Shown here one piece after another: positions 63,211-64,000 of a stretch of 64,000 nt of DNA. The stretch comes from Hemiscyllium ocellatum. Taxonomy: Eukaryota. A model generated the notes under the pieces. The model saw nothing but the letters and a program-made list of their open reading frames with translations, did not search any database and was not told the DNA's origin. A program made the translations under genes and the position numbers. Positions within the stretch are counted from its first letter, which is position 1; each line of letters opens with the position of its first letter. Where the stretch lies: the NCBI RefSeq assembly GCF_020745735.1, contig NC_083409.1:14975873-15039872 (forward strand), written 5' to 3'.

Positions 63211-64000
63211 TTGTGTGAATGAAGTTTGAACATTGATCTGTGTCTGCGTGGGTTCCCTCCAGGTACTCCAGCGTTCTCCCAAATCTAAAGACATGCAAGT
63301 TATGTAGATTGGCCGTGCTCAATTATACATAGTGCCCGGGGTGTGCAGGCTAGGTGGATTAGCATGAGAAATGTAGGCTTAGAGGGATGGGATTGGTCTG
63401 GGCAGGATGCTCTTCAGAGGGTCGGTGTGAAATCGATGGGCCAAATGGTCTTCTTCCAAAGTGTAGGGATTCTATGATCTATTACCATCCTCGTCTTTTG
63501 CTATTGTTGTGTCTAACTTTGTGATTCATGTCCCAGGACCCTCAGATCCCTCTGCGCCTGCCTGCAAAAGGGGATAAAAATAAAATGCTTGTTCAAGGTC
63601 TTTGTGCTGGTCAGGGGTTAGGGCTTGACAAGAGAACACTTGCTAAATGGAGCTCTTGCTGGGAGAGAAAGTCAGGAGAAAGCAGTTTCCAGTGAATTAC
63701 TCATCAACAGGTAGTTGTGGTAAGTGAAGGGGTTACGCTATGAAAATGCAGGAATAGGTACAGGCCTCAAGAGGAAGGGACAGGAAAATGTCTTTGCTCA
63801 GAAACTGCTTTGAGCAGAGAGCAGTCAGCAGGTACTGTGCTCACAGCAGCTAAGGCAGACTGGGAATGTTCAACTCGAATGTCTCAAAGCTACGAAAGTA
63901 TCACCTGAATGTAAGACTGAAGATGAAACCTCAGAGTGTGTCTTCAGTGACAGGAAACCAGGAAGCTGTGCCCCAGCAGGATGCAGCTGTTCTAGGATGG

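Noticed and set aside
63841-63854. 14-nt match (tcacagcagctaag) to the enhancer-like module at 723-736
   Set aside because: Flanks do not align, and a match of this length is plausible by chance.
1-64000. RAG/Transib transposon, signal joint, second V/J/C coding segment, CRISPR or rRNA
   Set aside because: None seen by eye on either strand. A TBLASTN/HMM scan would be needed to exclude highly decayed relics.

Overview
Repeat-rich vertebrate genomic DNA, almost certainly from a shark (inferred from the light-chain sequence and the SINE/CR1/Penelope families; probably an orectolobiform). The only host gene I can support is one complete kappa-type (NS4-like) immunoglobulin light-chain cluster on the + strand. 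It has a leader exon (28114-28162), a V and J already joined in frame with no RSS between them (28349-28678), an 11.5 kb intron and a C exon (40206-40534), giving a 235-aa intact product. Most of the rest is nested CR1 LINEs (one very young), Penelope-like elements with hammerhead-ribozyme motifs, a decayed Tx1/L1, L2 fragments, SINEs and simple repeats. Structure beyond the annotation: (i) a ~290-bp non-repeat module with EICE, E-box, RUNX and kB-like motifs, present twice in inverted orientation; (ii) an orphan inverted copy of the C-kappa 3' UTR; (iii) many ~200-bp head-to-head palindromic Penelope ends with target-site duplications; (iv) a downstream inverted-repeat/E-box/kB cluster and a strong CTCF motif. 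Repeat boundaries are approximate, percent identities are by-eye estimates, and repeat family names come from recalled consensus sequences, not a database search.
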